Origin: Alkalilimnicola ehrlichii MLHE-1
Lineage (GTDB): Bacteria; Pseudomonadota; Gammaproteobacteria; Nitrococcales; Halorhodospiraceae
Length of the DNA: 32,000 nucleotides
Direction of reading: 5' to 3'
NCBI RefSeq assembly: GCF_000014785.1
Contig: NC_008340.1
Span: forward strand, 1,980,001-2,012,000
The position numbers and the translations under genes are program-made. Below, in pieces: positions 31,221-32,000 of this stretch. Below the pieces are notes generated by a model. That model saw nothing but the letters and a program-made list of their open reading frames with translations. It ran no database searches and was not told where the DNA came from. How positions within the stretch are numbered: the first letter of the stretch is position 1; each line of letters starts with the position of its first letter.

Positions 31221-32000
31221 CTATTGCGTCATCCCCCTGGCGCGGTCGATCAGCCTGAGATAGGCCTCGCGCCGTTCCCGCGGAAGGTCCAGGATCTCCC
31301 GCTCGCTCCAGTGATAATGCGTGGCCAGATTGTGCACCTGCGCCAGCAGGCTGTCCGGGGCGCGCCCCAACAGGCTGTAGGGGTTAAGCACCACGCGGTT
31401 GTCGTGTTCGCAGTGCGGGCACGGCGCCTGCGCCTGGCTGACCACCCCGGGCGAGACGGCGTCCATGGCCCGGTCGACGGCCTCGTGCCCCGCCTCACCC
31501 AACTCGGCCACGTCGGCCCCACTGGGGGCGAGCAGGCAGCGCTGCAACAGGGCCTCCACATCACCGGCCTCGGCCAACGACTCCTGGTCAGCGCCGTTGG
31601 GCAGGCGAAAGCGCCAGTTCCGGCCCTGCCAGTCCACCGCCACCTCCGGAAAGGTCGGCCCCGCCGGATCGGTGGGCAGGCAGGCCAGGTCGAGCTGAAA
31701 GTCGAAGGCCTCGCCACAGCCGGCACAGCGGGCCGACATCCAGGCGTGGCGCTCACCAAAGTGCACCGCCAGCGCACGCATGAGGTGCTGGCGGTCGGCC
31801 ACGCACAGGCGGCGCACCCGCTCGGTGCTCGCCGGCCCGCCGGCCAGCGCCTCCAGCGCGGTGGCCAACACCGCGGTCACCGCCGCGGGGGTGGAAGGCG
31901 CGGTCCGGGCCGCTTCGAGCAATGCCATCTCCAGCGCCCCGTCCACCGGCTTGAAGCGGAAGTCCCGTCGCCGCTCGCCCGCCTCCAACAGTCCTCCCGG
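31221..32000 (-). CDS. Zinc-ribbon-containing hypothetical protein of the tail-like operon (5' end possibly outside the window)
   Basis: The frame is open to base 32000; the ORF-track start at 31988 is a TTG. Two CxxC pairs about 100 aa apart (CAGCGEAF and CPHCEH). The C-terminus reads HYHWSEREILDLPRERREAYLRLI. TAG at 31221 is 17 nt before the next gene's SD/ATG. Confidence 0.6.
   Translation of the reverse strand, partial: PGGLLEAGERRRDFRFKPVDGALEMALLEAARTAPSTPAAVTAVLATALEALAGGPASTERVRRLCVADRQHLMRALAVHFGERHAWMSARCAGCGEAFDFQLDLACLPTDPAGPTFPEVAVDWQGRNWRFRLPNGADQESLAEAGDVEALLQRCLLAPSGADVAELGEAGHEAVDRAMDAVSPGVVSQAQAPCPHCEHDNRVVLNPYSLLGRAPDSLLAQVHNLATHYHWSEREILDLPRERREAYLRLIDRARGMTQ

Larger units (their letters stand above)
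10656..32000 (-). other. Phage-tail-like contractile injection system (eCIS-type) gene cluster: baseplate, spike, assembly and payload portion; continues past the window edge
   Basis: 16 co-directional genes with 0-50 nt gaps or 1/4/8-nt stop-start overlaps. Content combines P2/T4-type baseplate genes (gpD, gpV, gpW/gp25, J, I, LysM/X) with the eCIS hallmarks DUF4255, AAA+ ATPase and a DUF4157 toxin. No head, terminase, lysis-cassette or integrase genes were seen. Confidence 0.8.

Noticed and set aside
10656-32000. Interpreting the cluster as an ordinary P2-like myovirus prophage.
   Set aside because: The window has no capsid, portal, terminase, holin-endolysin cassette, repressor or integrase. 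DUF4255, a dedicated AAA+ ATPase and a DUF4157 toxin are eCIS markers. This cannot be fully excluded, because the upstream part lies outside the window.
1-32000. Scan for tRNA, rRNA, CRISPR arrays, IS elements and long inverted or direct repeats.
   Set aside because: I saw no regularly spaced repeats, no cloverleaf-like or rRNA-like AT/GC pattern, and no transposase- or integrase-like translations. This was a visual scan only, so a short ncRNA could have been missed.

Overview
This is a high-GC bacterial chromosomal window. GC is about two-thirds or more by eye, and real genes show a strong G/C third-codon-position bias. All assignments come from reading the supplied translations for motifs I recognise; no homology search was run.

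The window has two parts.

(1) Positions 1-10.6 kb hold ordinary mixed-strand housekeeping genes:
- a PRPP-synthetase paralog
- a kinase-fold phosphotransferase
- a phosphoribosyltransferase
- a CapA-family metallophosphatase
- endonuclease IV
- an exported hypothetical protein
- an M20 peptidase
- a PhoU-like plus Na/Pi-cotransporter pair
- a CBS-pair protein

(2) Positions 10.66 kb to the right edge hold one uninterrupted minus-strand operon of 16 tightly packed or overlapping genes. Together they encode the baseplate, spike and assembly half of a phage-tail-like contractile injection system (eCIS / Afp-PVC-like). In transcription order:
- a zinc-ribbon protein (5' end outside the window)
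- a Pro/Ala-rich candidate tape measure
- a DUF4255 cap/terminator-like protein
- an AAA+ ATPase
- a 76-aa orphan
- a tube-initiator-like protein with the FNPE motif
- a LysM/gpX-like protein
- gpD-like hub
- gpV-like spike
- gp25/gpW
- two Baseplate_J paralogs
- a gpI-like protein
- a DUF6519 fibre-slot protein
- a 1448-aa DUF4157 (HExxH)-led polymorphic toxin ending in an EssD/YeeF-type beta-beta-alpha-Me nuclease plus a helix-hairpin-helix
- a translationally coupled four-TM small protein

Sheath and tube genes are not in the window and would be expected beyond 32000. No capsid, terminase, integrase, tRNA, rRNA or CRISPR was seen. The toxin with its membrane partner, the fibre-slot protein and several orphan ORFs are the most interesting unexplained parts.
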